Shown one piece after another: positions 30,274-40,211 of a DNA stretch of 64,000 nucleotides; the stretch's first letter is position 1, and every line of letters begins with the position of its first letter. This stretch comes from Phycisphaeraceae bacterium (GTDB lineage Bacteria; Planctomycetota; Phycisphaerae; Phycisphaerales; Zrk34): the NCBI GenBank assembly GCA_040905565.1, contig JBBDRF010000078.1, forward strand, positions 10,106 through 74,105. The letters are read 5' to 3'. Made by a program: the position numbers and the translations under genes. Below the pieces are notes generated by a model, which was not told the DNA's origin, did not search any database, and was given only the letters and a program-made list of their open reading frames with translations.

Positions 30274-31230
30274 TCAAAAGGGGATGTCGTCTTCCATGTA
30301 GGACGGCGTAGCCTGTTGCAGTTCGTACTTATCAACCCAGCCGTCATCCCAATCGTCTGGCATAATGATCCTCAGTTTTCCATCCTCCTCAAAAATGGCA
30401 GCTGAGACTCTTATGCCATAGCCAGCCTTCTGGTTGTACCACTCGTGTGGAGGGCTATGGCTGTTATACGTAAATCCCCGAACTGACAATAGCGTCTCGA
30501 GCTCTTGGAAAGTGTGGAAGACAACTCTATAGGGGACGTTTGCGGCAGTTCTGATCGCACCGAAAGCCGGATGGCTTGAGAGGAGTATATCTTTGATCGC
30601 CTCATCACCTTTTGTCCGCTGTTCCGTAAGGAACGTGACCAAATGATTCAAGGTCTCAGCCGTCGCTTTCATGCTGGCAACGATATTAATTTCCTTTTGT
30701 CGGCCGCTCTCTTGGAGGAGGCGCTGAAACAGACCAGCCCACTGCTCCCGCAAAAATCGCACGATATCCTCGGATGTCTCGAACGCTTCGATGGGATTAC
30801 CGGCAGGGAGGGCTGTGATTTCGTCCAGAAACTCATATACCCGAGCGTCTGTCACGGCGACTGGTGTGAAACCTTTGACATCTTTGTTTTTTCGGTACGT
30901 TCGGTATTCACTGTGGACGTATTTCTCCACGAAAACGTATATCTGTTTGCCTAGCTCAATCGCGGTCTTGAGCTCTCGCTGTGTGATTGAGTGTTTTTGA
31001 TCTTGTGACTGTGTCCCGTATTTGCCGCCGATGATTGCAATGAGGATGTCGCACGTCGAAATCTCTCGATAACAATATTCCTCGAGAGCATCTTCGTTGC
31101 CATAGGGAATGTGGCCGCTCTCAAAGAGGACAGGTTCGTATCCGTTCTCTTTGATAAACCTTTCGAGGTCAGCGCGCACGACTCGTAGGTCGAAATATGT
31201 TGAGCTCACAAAGATTCGTGGTTTGGCCAT
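30274..31230 (-). CDS. DUF4062 (TIR-like/STIR fold) domain protein ending in an SSB-like tail
   Basis: RIFVSST..DL...R, CDI.I.IIG.KYG, SITQRE...A pattern; visibly lower GC than its neighbours; C-terminus MEDDIPF. Confidence 0.85.
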   Translation of the reverse strand: MAKPRIFVSSTYFDLRVVRADLERFIKENGYEPVLFESGHIPYGNEDALEEYCYREISTCDILIAIIGGKYGTQSQDQKHSITQRELKTAIELGKQIYVFVEKYVHSEYRTYRKNKDVKGFTPVAVTDARVYEFLDEITALPAGNPIEAFETSEDIVRFLREQWAGLFQRLLQESGRQKEINIVASMKATAETLNHLVTFLTEQRTKGDEAIKDILLSSHPAFGAIRTAANVPYRVVFHTFQELETLLSVRGFTYNSHSPPHEWYNQKAGYGIRVSAAIFEEDGKLRIIMPDDWDDGWVDKYELQQATPSYMEDDIPF

Positions 31231-31278
31231 GGACAACCCTTTTCAATGGATAGATGCCAGTGTAGACGCGATTGACCC

Positions 31279-31995
31279 TCAATCGAAAAACGGTTTGTAG
31301 GTGGCCATGGGGTCGTCGATGGGGACGGGGCGGCAGCTGAGGAGGGGTTCGCCGAACTCGGTGCGGATCTGGGTGCCGTAGGTTCGGGCGCGGGCTTCGA
31401 GGCGGGCGAGGAAGTTGGGATCGCTGATCCAGACGAGTTTGTCGTTTTCGCCGGGCTGGTACAGCTGCGAATCATAGCAGCGGACGGAGTCGAGCTTCTG
31501 TTCGTGGTAGCCGGTGATGTCGACGATGAAGCTGGGCTCGAATCCCCAGTGTTGCATGAAGAAGAGAAATTCCTTGGGGCGGTGCGGCTCGCCCTTGGCG
31601 GGAAACTTTGCGAAGCCACACGGGTACATGATGTCGCGAACGATGTAGCCGGTGGCGCGGTGGTCGGGGTGAAGGTCTTCCCAGTAGGCAGCAATGACGA
31701 GCTTGGGGCGGAAGTGGCGAATTTGTTCGATGACCGCGACCCGGTTTTTCAAGGTGTTTTCGAGCAGGCCGTCGCCGAGGTCGAGGTTGACGCGATGGGA
31801 GACGTTGAGCACCTTCGCGGCGGCGGCGGCTTCTTCGTCGCGCTGTTCGGCCGTGCCTCGACTGCCCATTTCGCCTCGTGTCATGTCGACGATGGCGGTG
31901 GTATAGCCGCGGTCGGCGAGTTTGGCGAGGGTGCCGCCGACGGTCATCTCAGCGTCGTCGGGGTGGGCGGCGATAACGAGCACGTCAACACTCAT
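31279..31995 (-). CDS. bshB1: Bacillithiol biosynthesis deacetylase (PIG-L family)
   Basis: AAHPDDAE, TRGEMGSRG, HPDH; 4-bp overlap with bshC. Confidence 0.9.
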   Translation of the reverse strand: MSVDVLVIAAHPDDAEMTVGGTLAKLADRGYTTAIVDMTRGEMGSRGTAEQRDEEAAAAAKVLNVSHRVNLDLGDGLLENTLKNRVAVIEQIRHFRPKLVIAAYWEDLHPDHRATGYIVRDIMYPCGFAKFPAKGEPHRPKEFLFFMQHWGFEPSFIVDITGYHEQKLDSVRCYDSQLYQPGENDKLVWISDPNFLARLEARARTYGTQIRTEFGEPLLSCRPVPIDDPMATYKPFFD

Positions 31996-33662
31996 GCGTG
32001 GGATTCCTTAGAAGCGGTGACGCCGGCGGGGGGCTGCGTCGCCAGTAAAAGATGATGGTCGAAGCGGGTGACATCCAGTCGCCGTAGCGCGTGGACGAGG
32101 CCCGGCCCGAGTCGGCCGACGGCTTCGAGCACGCTCATGCGGCGCTCCTGAAGCTGATGGTGCGGATAGACCACGTCGGCGATGCGCTGCAGGCTGCGAC
32201 GCCCGACGCCGTCGCGGTCGAGGCGACGCTGATGCACACGCCGGGTCACGCGGTCAATGCGGTAGCGGATCGAGTTGATCGCTTTGCCGATGGTCTTGCG
32301 CTCCGCGGGTTCATCGATGGCAGCGAGTTCTTCGGTCAACTGCTCCGCGAGCGACTGAAGCTGGCTGAGGTCGGCATCGTCCACGGCGGGTGCGTTTTCC
32401 AGTTCACGCAGATGGTCGAACACATCGAACACGTAGGTCGGTTCGGGAAGGTTCAGCCGTTCTACGTGGTGGGCGGTGCGGGCGTCGAGCAACGTGGCCG
32501 ACAGCCGTGGCAGCAGCCATGATCGCTGCATGTGCATCACCCGGTAAAGCGGATCGATCTGCCAGAGGTAGAGCAGCTCGGTCGGCCCGGCGACCGTCGC
32601 CAGCGTCGGCAGAATCGCATCCTGCACGATCGGTCGCAGTGCGGCACTGGGGGAGAACTGCTCGGGGTTGCGCCGAATCTCGGCGGGCGAATCGGGCGTC
32701 ACATCCTCCGCCACGCGGCGGTCCCACTGGTCGAGCTTGAAAAGATTCACACGCTCCAGCGGCGGCGTCAGGTCCTGCTGCGCCAGATGATCTCGGCCCT
32801 GCTGTAGTGCTGTTTCGAGGTCCGCCCATCGTTCCGCAGCCGCGGCGAGGACGGGGGCAGTCAGATCACGCAGCCACTCCGGATCCACCAGCACAATGCC
32901 CGCCCCCCCGGCCGGCGCCCCCGGTCGCCGAAGCAGACGCGCAAGCAGCTGACCAAACTGCGTGGCGTAACTGCTGAGATTAAGCTCGGCGGTGAGGTCG
33001 GCGAGGGTGCGGCCGTGCGGCAGGTCGTTCGCTGCCTGCTCCACGAAACGTTCAAGCTCCGCACGATGATCGCTCAGCGTCACGTGCCCGACCGGCGGCC
33101 GCGGCCCGGGGCGATGCAACTGCGGGTGATCGAGCACAAGCTTGCCGTCGCCGACGGTCACGCGGTTGACCTCTTCGAGATCGTGGTCCTCGCTGGCGAT
33201 CCAGAAGGCCGGCACGATCGGCACGTTCAGGCTCGGCTGCAACTGCTCGGCTGCGTTCACGGCCGTCACGGCTTTGAGCAGCGTGAACATCGGGCCCAGC
33301 AGCAGGCCGGGTTGCTGACCGGCGATCACCATTCGCCCCTCGCCACGAATCGCCGCCAGCGTTTCAGCATTAAGCGGATTGCCAAGCGCCGCGTTGCCGT
33401 CAGCCAGGGCCTCGGCGAGAGCGGCACGATTCAGGAACGGCGTGTCCGAAGGCGGGGCAGGCGGCTGATTGAAATCAAGCAGCGGGACATCATCAACAAA
33501 CGCGCCGGCAGCGAGGCGGGCGATGAACGCATCACGCCCAATCAACGGCACACGCTCCGGGGGCACAGCATAATGCGGCCAGTGAGCGGCGGGGCGATCA
33601 CCCTGTGCGCCCGTTTCACTGCGGGACAGGTCGGGGGGGTGGGGGGGGCGGGGTGGGGTCAT
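31992..33662 (-). CDS. bshC: Bacillithiol biosynthesis cysteine-adding enzyme
   Basis: AGQQPGL..GP..T..KA, FWIASEDHD..E, SP.AALRP..QD..LPT, GP.E..Y, LQER. Confidence 0.9.
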   Translation of the reverse strand: MTPPRPPHPPDLSRSETGAQGDRPAAHWPHYAVPPERVPLIGRDAFIARLAAGAFVDDVPLLDFNQPPAPPSDTPFLNRAALAEALADGNAALGNPLNAETLAAIRGEGRMVIAGQQPGLLLGPMFTLLKAVTAVNAAEQLQPSLNVPIVPAFWIASEDHDLEEVNRVTVGDGKLVLDHPQLHRPGPRPPVGHVTLSDHRAELERFVEQAANDLPHGRTLADLTAELNLSSYATQFGQLLARLLRRPGAPAGGAGIVLVDPEWLRDLTAPVLAAAAERWADLETALQQGRDHLAQQDLTPPLERVNLFKLDQWDRRVAEDVTPDSPAEIRRNPEQFSPSAALRPIVQDAILPTLATVAGPTELLYLWQIDPLYRVMHMQRSWLLPRLSATLLDARTAHHVERLNLPEPTYVFDVFDHLRELENAPAVDDADLSQLQSLAEQLTEELAAIDEPAERKTIGKAINSIRYRIDRVTRRVHQRRLDRDGVGRRSLQRIADVVYPHHQLQERRMSVLEAVGRLGPGLVHALRRLDVTRFDHHLLLATQPPAGVTASKESHA

Positions 33663-34453
33663 TGGCGGACCCCGATCGCGATCATGCGGGCGGAATCTGC
33701 TGTGAGCGGATCGCCTTCGAAACTGCCAACGAGTTGCACAGCACGCAGCCCGGCCGCTTCGAGCATCGTCATGAACTCAGCCGGTTCGTACAGCCGCACG
33801 CTTTCGGTGAAGGTGCGCTGCTCGGTGCCGTCGTTTACGTCGATGCGATTCACCACACGCTGATCGATGATCTGCCGGCGGTTCTCGACGAGCACCTCGC
33901 CCCTCGGCCCCTGCACGGTGCGACGCGAATGCGGCTCAAGCGTCTCACGCAGACGCGGGGCGTGCATCAGATCCATCAGCAGCTTTCCGCCCGGCCGAAG
34001 CGTGCTCGCCATCTGCTTAAGGGCCTGCTCATTCGCCGCATCCTCCGCGAAATAGCCGAAGCTGGTGAACAGGTTCACCGCAGCGTCGAACGATCCCCCA
34101 GCAAACGGCAACGCACGCAGATCAGCCCGCACCACGCGACCGGCAAGCCCCGGTCGCTCCGCCGCCGACTTGAGCAACGGCCAACTGAGATCGACCCCCC
34201 ACGCGTTGAGATTCTGCTGGCACATGGCGGCCAGATGCCGACCCGTCCCGCAACAGATATCCAACACGCGGGCAGCAGCGGGAAGCTTTAACAGTTTCAA
34301 AAACGCAGCGGCCTCGGCAGCGGCAGAGGCGTCGTCGCGGTGCTGATACAGCAACGGATACAACTCCCCGAACGATCGGGCGTACCAATCTTCCGGGGCG
34401 CGGTGGGGCGGATAGGGGGAATGGGGGGGAGGTCCTGCCATGGCTTGGGTCAT
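33659..34453 (-). CDS. Class I SAM-dependent methyltransferase, candidate N-methyl-bacillithiol synthase (NmbA-like)
   Basis: W...F...Y..LY.HRD, VLDICCGTGRH, NLFTSFGYF, ESVRLY; stop overlaps the bshC start (ATGA). Confidence 0.85.
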   Translation of the reverse strand: MTQAMAGPPPHSPYPPHRAPEDWYARSFGELYPLLYQHRDDASAAAEAAAFLKLLKLPAAARVLDICCGTGRHLAAMCQQNLNAWGVDLSWPLLKSAAERPGLAGRVVRADLRALPFAGGSFDAAVNLFTSFGYFAEDAANEQALKQMASTLRPGGKLLMDLMHAPRLRETLEPHSRRTVQGPRGEVLVENRRQIIDQRVVNRIDVNDGTEQRTFTESVRLYEPAEFMTMLEAAGLRAVQLVGSFEGDPLTADSARMIAIGVRQ

Positions 34454-34553
34454 CTTACCATGATAAATCATCGTCGCCGCCCGCGCCCACGCTACCCCCC
34501 GCTGGATACCCGCCCGCCTCCCGACGAAGGTGAACGAAAACCGTAGGGGCTCT

Positions 34554-35231
34554 ATGATGGGCGACATGGTTGGCACGGGTTATGAAATGTTGACGGACCT
34601 GGCGCAACGTGGCGGCTGGGTGATGTGGCCACTCGGCGTGATGAGCGTGGTGGCGCTGACGCTGATCTTCGAACGCTGCTGGTTCTTCCTGGTCACGAAC
34701 AACCGCTGGCGGCAGGCGAAGTTTCTGCGTATCAGTCGGCATCTGAGGCACGATGAGCACGATCAAGTCGCTGCCCTGGTCGCGGAGGATCGCTCGGTCT
34801 ACGGCCGCCTTGTTCAGCGGCTCATCGCTGAGGGCCCCGACGCGGCTGCTGCGGATGAGGCGATTACGATGCAACGGCCGAGGCTTGAACGATTCATGCC
34901 CACGCTCGGCACGATCATCACGGCCGCCCCGATGCTCGGCATCCTCGGCACGGTCACGGGCATCATCTCCGCATTCCGCATCCTCTCCGACGAAGCGGTG
35001 ACGGACCCTTCCATGGTCGGCATGGGCATCGCGGAGGCGCTGCTGACGACGGTGGTGGGGCTGGTGATTGCGCTCGTGGTGCTGTTCCCGTTCAACGCAT
35101 TTCGGGCACAGGTCGATCGCTCACTGGGGCGGATGGATTCGCTGGTCGCCTCGGCTCAGCACAGTCAGCGCAGGCGTGAGCGGACGTCGGCCCTCCCGCA
35201 AACCGAACAGGCTGAGCCGGTCGGGCGGTAG
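34554..35231 (+). CDS. MotA/TolQ/ExbB proton channel family protein
   Basis: GG.VMWPL, APMLGILGTVTGII, GIAEALLTT; start may be 34587. Confidence 0.9.
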   Translation: MMGDMVGTGYEMLTDLAQRGGWVMWPLGVMSVVALTLIFERCWFFLVTNNRWRQAKFLRISRHLRHDEHDQVAALVAEDRSVYGRLVQRLIAEGPDAAAADEAITMQRPRLERFMPTLGTIITAAPMLGILGTVTGIISAFRILSDEAVTDPSMVGMGIAEALLTTVVGLVIALVVLFPFNAFRAQVDRSLGRMDSLVASAQHSQRRRERTSALPQTEQAEPVGR

Positions 35232-35348
35232 GGGCTGAAAAGGTTCACTTTGAGTTCGTGTCGACCGCGGTCGTCGACCGCCGATGGTGGTAGAAAAGGC
35301 CAACCGCTCAGGCCGATTCGTGGTACTTGTTTTCTTGGATGTCGCATC

Positions 35349-38249
35349 ATGAAGTCAGCTTCACTTTCGGTTGAGGATCGCACCCGTGCCTTCGAGACGG
35401 CCCTTCGCAAGGCGGTGCGTGGGGACGTCCGCTTTGATGCCGTCACACGCGGCATTCACGCCACCGACGCCAGCCACTACCAGGTGATGCCGATGTGTGT
35501 CGTCTGGCCGGTGGATGCCGACGATGCTGCCGCGGCACTTCGGTTGGCGCATGAGCATGAGGTGGCCATCACGCCACGCGGTGCGGGGACGAGTCTTTCC
35601 GGGCAGACGATGTGGCACGGGATGATTCTCGATTTCTCCCGTTACATGGATCGCGTGCTCGAAGTCGACGCTGAGGCGGGATGGGTGCGGGCGCAACCGG
35701 GCGTGATCCGCGACCAGCTCAACAAGCAGCTGACACCGACGGGGCTGCACTTTCCACCCGATCCGGCCACCAGCAACCGTGCCACCGTCGGCGGCATGAT
35801 GGCCAACAACTCCAGCGGCACCCGCAGCATCATCTACGGCAAGACCAGCGACTACGTCCTTGAACTCAAGGTCGCACTGACCGACGGCACTATCATCACG
35901 CTCCGCCCGCACAGCCGTGATGAATGGCGCGCAGTCGCTGAGGGCGAGGGACGAGAGGCTGAGATTTACGCCGGGTTCGAGAAGGTGATTCAGGCGAATC
36001 GTGACGAAATCGCCAAGCGTTACTCGAAGGTGATGCGGCGGGTGGCGGGGTACGCGCTCGATGCCTTCGACGATTCAGCCGACACATGGAACCTCGCCCA
36101 GATCATCCTCGGCAGCGAGGGCACCCTCTGCGTCGTCCTCGAAGCAAAGCTGAGGCTGGTGCCGGTGCCGCGAGCTACAGCGGTTTGTGCGGTGCATTTT
36201 CACACGCTGACCGATTCGCTGCGAGGCGTGGGGCCGATCCTTGAACATGCGCCGGCTGCGGTGGAACTGCTCGATGAACTGGTGCTTACCGAAGCCGTCC
36301 GCAATCGCACCACGGCACACCTGACGGATTTCGTCGAAGGCAAACCCGGCGCAATGTTGCTGGTCGAGGTGTTCGGCGAAGATCAGGCGGACGCGACCCA
36401 TCGCATCGAGAAACTCGCAGCCGATCTGGCCGAGCGCGGCGTCGGGTACAGCTGGCCTGTGCGCAGCGATGCAGCCGGTCAGAAGCGCATCTGGGATGTT
36501 CGCAAGCTCGGGCTGGGGCTCATCAGCAATCAGCCGGGGGCGCGGAAGGGGCAGGCATTCATCGAGGATGCGTGTGTGCCCGTGGAGGTGCTGCCGGATT
36601 ACATCGATAAGGTGCTGGCGATTTGCAAGGAGCACGACACGCCCGTCACGCTGTACGCCCATGCGAGTGTGGGCGTGCTGCACGTTCGGCCGATCCTCGA
36701 TCTGCATGTGACCGAAGACGTCGCGAAAATGCAGTCGATCGCGAACGCTGCTTTCAAAGTCGTGCAGGAATACAACGGCGTGTGGAGCGGCGAGCACGGC
36801 GACGGCCTGGTCCGCGGCATGTTCATCAAACCCTATTTCGGCGATCAGATTTACGAAGCGTTTCGCGAGGTGAAGCGGCTGTTCGATCCGAAGGGGTTGA
36901 TGAATCCCGGGAAGATCGTGGACGTGCCGCCGATGACGGAGAACCTGCGCTACGGTGAGGAGTATCGCCTTGCCGAGGTGCCTGCCACTTCTTTTCATCA
37001 TCGCGAGCAGGGCGGCTTCGCGCTGGCGGTCGAACAGTGCAACGGCGTGGGGGCGTGCCGCAAGCTGGACGCGGGAACGATGTGCCCCAGTTACATGGCG
37101 ACACGCGATGAAGCGCACTCAACGCGCGGCCGGGCGAACGCACTCCGTCTCGCCATGACCGGTCAGCTCGGCAAGGACGCACTGGCGAGCGACGGGGTGC
37201 ATGAAACGCTTGAGCTGTGTCTTTCCTGCAAGGCCTGCAAGAGCGAATGCCCGAACGGCGTGGACATGGCGAAGCTCAAAGGCGACGCGCTGCAATTGCG
37301 GCACGACAAGTTCGGCGTGCCGATCGGGACGCGGATGATGGCGACCCTGCCACGCGTGGCGCCGTGGTTCGTGGGGCCGTTGTCGCATCTGATCAATCCG
37401 ATCCAGCGCAGCGGGCTGGCGCGGTGGATGGGGGCACGATTCGGTGGCGTCGATGCCAGACGTTCGCTGCCGCCGTTTGCCCGGGAATCGCTGACCAGGT
37501 GGTTCGGCAAGCGCTCGTCGCCTCGCGAAAGCGACCGGCCCGAGGTTGTGCTTTTCGACGACACCTTCGCCAACTACTTCGAGCCCGGCGTCGGCAAGGC
37601 GGCGGTGCAGCTGCTCGAAGCGTGCGGCTACCGCGTGCTGCTGGCGGCGGCGGGCTGCTGCCAACGACCGGCCATTTCCAAGGGCATGTTGCGCGAGGCG
37701 AGACGGCACGGCGAAGCGACGCTCCGCAATCTCGACGTTCACGCGAAAGCCGGCCGACCAATTCTGACGCTCGAACCCAGCTGTGCGTCGGCCCTCACCG
37801 AAGACCTGCCCGATCTCATCGACGACGTCGGACTCGGCCAGCGCATCGCCGCTCACGTGCAGCCGATGGAAAGCTTTCTTGCTGCCGAAATCGAAGCAGG
37901 CCGGCTGACCGGTCGCTTCCGCGCCGCCTGTGAGCAGGTGCTGCTGCACGGTCACTGTCATCAAAAGGCCGGGCCGGGCACCGCGGCGATCAAGCGTGTG
38001 CTGAGCGAAGTGGAGGGGCTGAACGTGCAGGAGATCGATTCGGGCTGCTGCGGCATGGCGGGATCGTTCGGTTACGAACATTACGACCTGTCGTTGAAGA
38101 TCGGTGAGGATCGGCTGTTCCCCGCGGTGCGCAATCGACCCAAGGGGGCGGCCGTGATCGCCAGCGGTACAAGCTGCCGTCACCAGTTGCACGACGGCTG
38201 CGATGTCGAGGCGAAGCACTGGGTGGAACTGCTAAGCTATGAAAAATAG
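35349..38249 (+). CDS. FAD-linked oxidase / Fe-S oxidoreductase fusion (GlcD+GlcF, YdiJ-like 2-hydroxyacid dehydrogenase)
   Basis: PRGAGTSLSGQ, GSEGTL, SGEHGDG, CNGVGAC, CLSCKACKSECP, CCG motifs. Confidence 0.9.
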   Translation: MKSASLSVEDRTRAFETALRKAVRGDVRFDAVTRGIHATDASHYQVMPMCVVWPVDADDAAAALRLAHEHEVAITPRGAGTSLSGQTMWHGMILDFSRYMDRVLEVDAEAGWVRAQPGVIRDQLNKQLTPTGLHFPPDPATSNRATVGGMMANNSSGTRSIIYGKTSDYVLELKVALTDGTIITLRPHSRDEWRAVAEGEGREAEIYAGFEKVIQANRDEIAKRYSKVMRRVAGYALDAFDDSADTWNLAQIILGSEGTLCVVLEAKLRLVPVPRATAVCAVHFHTLTDSLRGVGPILEHAPAAVELLDELVLTEAVRNRTTAHLTDFVEGKPGAMLLVEVFGEDQADATHRIEKLAADLAERGVGYSWPVRSDAAGQKRIWDVRKLGLGLISNQPGARKGQAFIEDACVPVEVLPDYIDKVLAICKEHDTPVTLYAHASVGVLHVRPILDLHVTEDVAKMQSIANAAFKVVQEYNGVWSGEHGDGLVRGMFIKPYFGDQIYEAFREVKRLFDPKGLMNPGKIVDVPPMTENLRYGEEYRLAEVPATSFHHREQGGFALAVEQCNGVGACRKLDAGTMCPSYMATRDEAHSTRGRANALRLAMTGQLGKDALASDGVHETLELCLSCKACKSECPNGVDMAKLKGDALQLRHDKFGVPIGTRMMATLPRVAPWFVGPLSHLINPIQRSGLARWMGARFGGVDARRSLPPFARESLTRWFGKRSSPRESDRPEVVLFDDTFANYFEPGVGKAAVQLLEACGYRVLLAAAGCCQRPAISKGMLREARRHGEATLRNLDVHAKAGRPILTLEPSCASALTEDLPDLIDDVGLGQRIAAHVQPMESFLAAEIEAGRLTGRFRAACEQVLLHGHCHQKAGPGTAAIKRVLSEVEGLNVQEIDSGCCGMAGSFGYEHYDLSLKIGEDRLFPAVRNRPKGAAVIASGTSCRHQLHDGCDVEAKHWVELLSYEK

Positions 38250-38363
38250 AACAGCTGCAAGGTTCGCGTCGCTTTGCGTTCGTCGTCGACCTTCCGGTAA
38301 AGTAGCCCGCTCGCATTCACATTCACAACGCTGACGCGGTTATCCGCACGGACGATTTGAACC

Positions 38364-39554
38364 ATGTTTGAACATCAGGAAATGGCGCCGCCCGACCCGA
38401 TCCTTGGACTTACCGAGGCCTACAACGAGGACGCGAACCCGCAGAAGGTGAACCTCGCGGTCGGCGTTTATAAGGACGCCAAGGGCACCACGCCCATCCT
38501 TCAAACGGTGAAGCAGGCCGAGGCACGCCTTCTCGAAACCGAGACGACCAAGGCCTACAAGCCGATCGACGGCGACAGGGCCTACGCTCGTTTCGTGCAG
38601 GATCTGCTGTTCGGCAGCGACCACGAAATCGTCACCAGCAAGCGTGCCGCCACCGCCCATACGCCCGGCGGCACCGGGGCGCTCCGCGTCGCTGGCGAGT
38701 ATCTGGCACAGCTGAATCCCGAAGCAACGCTTCACCTGAGCGATCCGACCTGGGCGAACCATCAGCCGATCTTCACCGCTGCGGGCCTGAAGCTTGCGAA
38801 GTATCCGTACTTCGACGCAGCGACCAACGGCGTGAACTTCGACGCCATGCTCGACGCCCTCGGCAAGCTGCCGGCCGGCGACATCGTGCTGCTGCACGGC
38901 TGCTGTCACAACCCCACCGGGGCCGACCTCTCCATCGATCAGTGGAAGCAGGTTTCGCAGCTGCTGGTCGAGCGCGGCCTGCTGCCCGTCGTCGACTTCG
39001 CATACCAGGGTTTCGGCGAAGGGCTGGAGCGGGATGCGGACGGGCTGCGGACGCTGCTGGAAACGGTGCCCGAGGTCGTCATCTGCTCGAGCTTTTCCAA
39101 GAACTTCGGGCTGTACAACGAACGCGTCGGCGCGCTCACCATGGTCGCCCAGACCCAGCAGCACGCAGCGAATGTGATGAGCCACGTCAAACGCTGCATC
39201 CGCGGCAACTACTCCAACCCGCCAGCGCACGGCGGGGCGATCGTGGCGACGATTCTGGGCGACGCCGACCTGCGCCAGCGGTGGGAGGGCGAAGTGGCCG
39301 ACATGCGGGGCCGAATCAACGGCATGCGGAAGCTGTTCGTGCAGACGCTGCGTGACAAGGGCGTCGCGCGCGACTTCAGTTTCATTGAGCAGCAGCGCGG
39401 CATGTTCAGCTTCTCGGGCCTGACCAAGGATCAGGTGCAGGCGCTGCGCGATCAGCATTCGATTTACATCGTGGGGTCCGGCCGCATCAACGTGGCGGGG
39501 ATGACCGAGGACAATATGGATCAGCTTTGCGAAGCGATCGCGGCTGTGCTTTGA
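38364..39554 (+). CDS. aspC: Aspartate/aromatic amino acid aminotransferase
   Basis: PPDPILGL, GGTGALR, HNPTG.D, DFAYQGF, SFSKNFGLYNERVG, GRINVAG. Confidence 0.93.
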   Translation: MFEHQEMAPPDPILGLTEAYNEDANPQKVNLAVGVYKDAKGTTPILQTVKQAEARLLETETTKAYKPIDGDRAYARFVQDLLFGSDHEIVTSKRAATAHTPGGTGALRVAGEYLAQLNPEATLHLSDPTWANHQPIFTAAGLKLAKYPYFDAATNGVNFDAMLDALGKLPAGDIVLLHGCCHNPTGADLSIDQWKQVSQLLVERGLLPVVDFAYQGFGEGLERDADGLRTLLETVPEVVICSSFSKNFGLYNERVGALTMVAQTQQHAANVMSHVKRCIRGNYSNPPAHGGAIVATILGDADLRQRWEGEVADMRGRINGMRKLFVQTLRDKGVARDFSFIEQQRGMFSFSGLTKDQVQALRDQHSIYIVGSGRINVAGMTEDNMDQLCEAIAAVL

Positions 39555-39584
39555 GCATGCGCATCGACATGACGACTCACGAAA

Positions 39585-39613
39585 GAAGCCCACGGCGCGA
39601 TGCCGTGGGCTTC
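39585..39613. terminator. Hairpin between convergent genes, likely bidirectional terminator
   Basis: gaagcccacggc-N5-gccgtgggcttc, 12-bp stem. Confidence 0.7.
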
Positions 39614-39642
39614 GTCGTTGACACTACGATGGGTCGGGAGTT

Positions 39643-40116
39643 TTACGGGGTGGGAAGCGGCTGCAGCTCTTCCTGCTGCGGTGCTTCAGCACCTTCGTTG
39701 ATTTGCTCGACAACCTGATCGGTGAGGTCTTCGACCTCGACGCCGGGGGCCGAGTAGACCACCTCGACGGCCACGATATCGACGTTCGCGTTCTCGGCGA
39801 TCTCGGGGACGGCGGCTTCGACGTCCTGCTGGAATTTCTGGATCAGCTCCTGCTGCATCTGCTCCGCCTCCTGCTGCAGCTGGCCGAGTTGTTCGGGCTC
39901 AAGCTCCTGGGCCTGCATCTGAAGCTCCTGCATCGCTTGCTGGAACTCCGCGGTGCGGTGGTAGAGCTGGAAAGCCTGCTGCGGCTGATAGGTACCGACG
40001 CGGACCTGCTCAGCATCGGCAGCGCCCGCACGATCGAACCCGATGGCCAGGGCGGCCAGGGCGACCATCGCGATGGCGACGAAGCTGATGCGCGTACGGT
40101 TGTTCACTTGGGACAT
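39643..40116 (-). CDS. Secreted OmpH/Skp-like coiled-coil protein
   Basis: Signal peptide, Gln/Glu-rich helical core, IA....D.V C-terminal beta segment. Confidence 0.6.
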   Translation of the reverse strand: MSQVNNRTRISFVAIAMVALAALAIGFDRAGAADAEQVRVGTYQPQQAFQLYHRTAEFQQAMQELQMQAQELEPEQLGQLQQEAEQMQQELIQKFQQDVEAAVPEIAENANVDIVAVEVVYSAPGVEVEDLTDQVVEQINEGAEAPQQEELQPLPTP

Positions 40117-40153
40117 GGTGTCTCCTCTAAAGTGCGACGAGCGATATCGCTCG

Positions 40154-40192
40154 AAAAATGAGCGAACGCCCATGGTGCGCATGGGCGTTCGC
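40154..40192 (-). terminator. Terminator after the small lipoprotein gene
   Basis: gcgaacgcccatg-N5-catgggcgttcgc stem followed by tcattttt on the minus strand. Confidence 0.7.
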
Positions 40193-40211
40193 GTGTGTGG
40201 TCAAGATTGCT

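Noticed and set aside
30227..31278. Mobile element around the DUF4062 gene
   Set aside because: No terminal inverted repeats, target-site duplication, attC-like site or transposase seen; only composition and position suggest acquisition.
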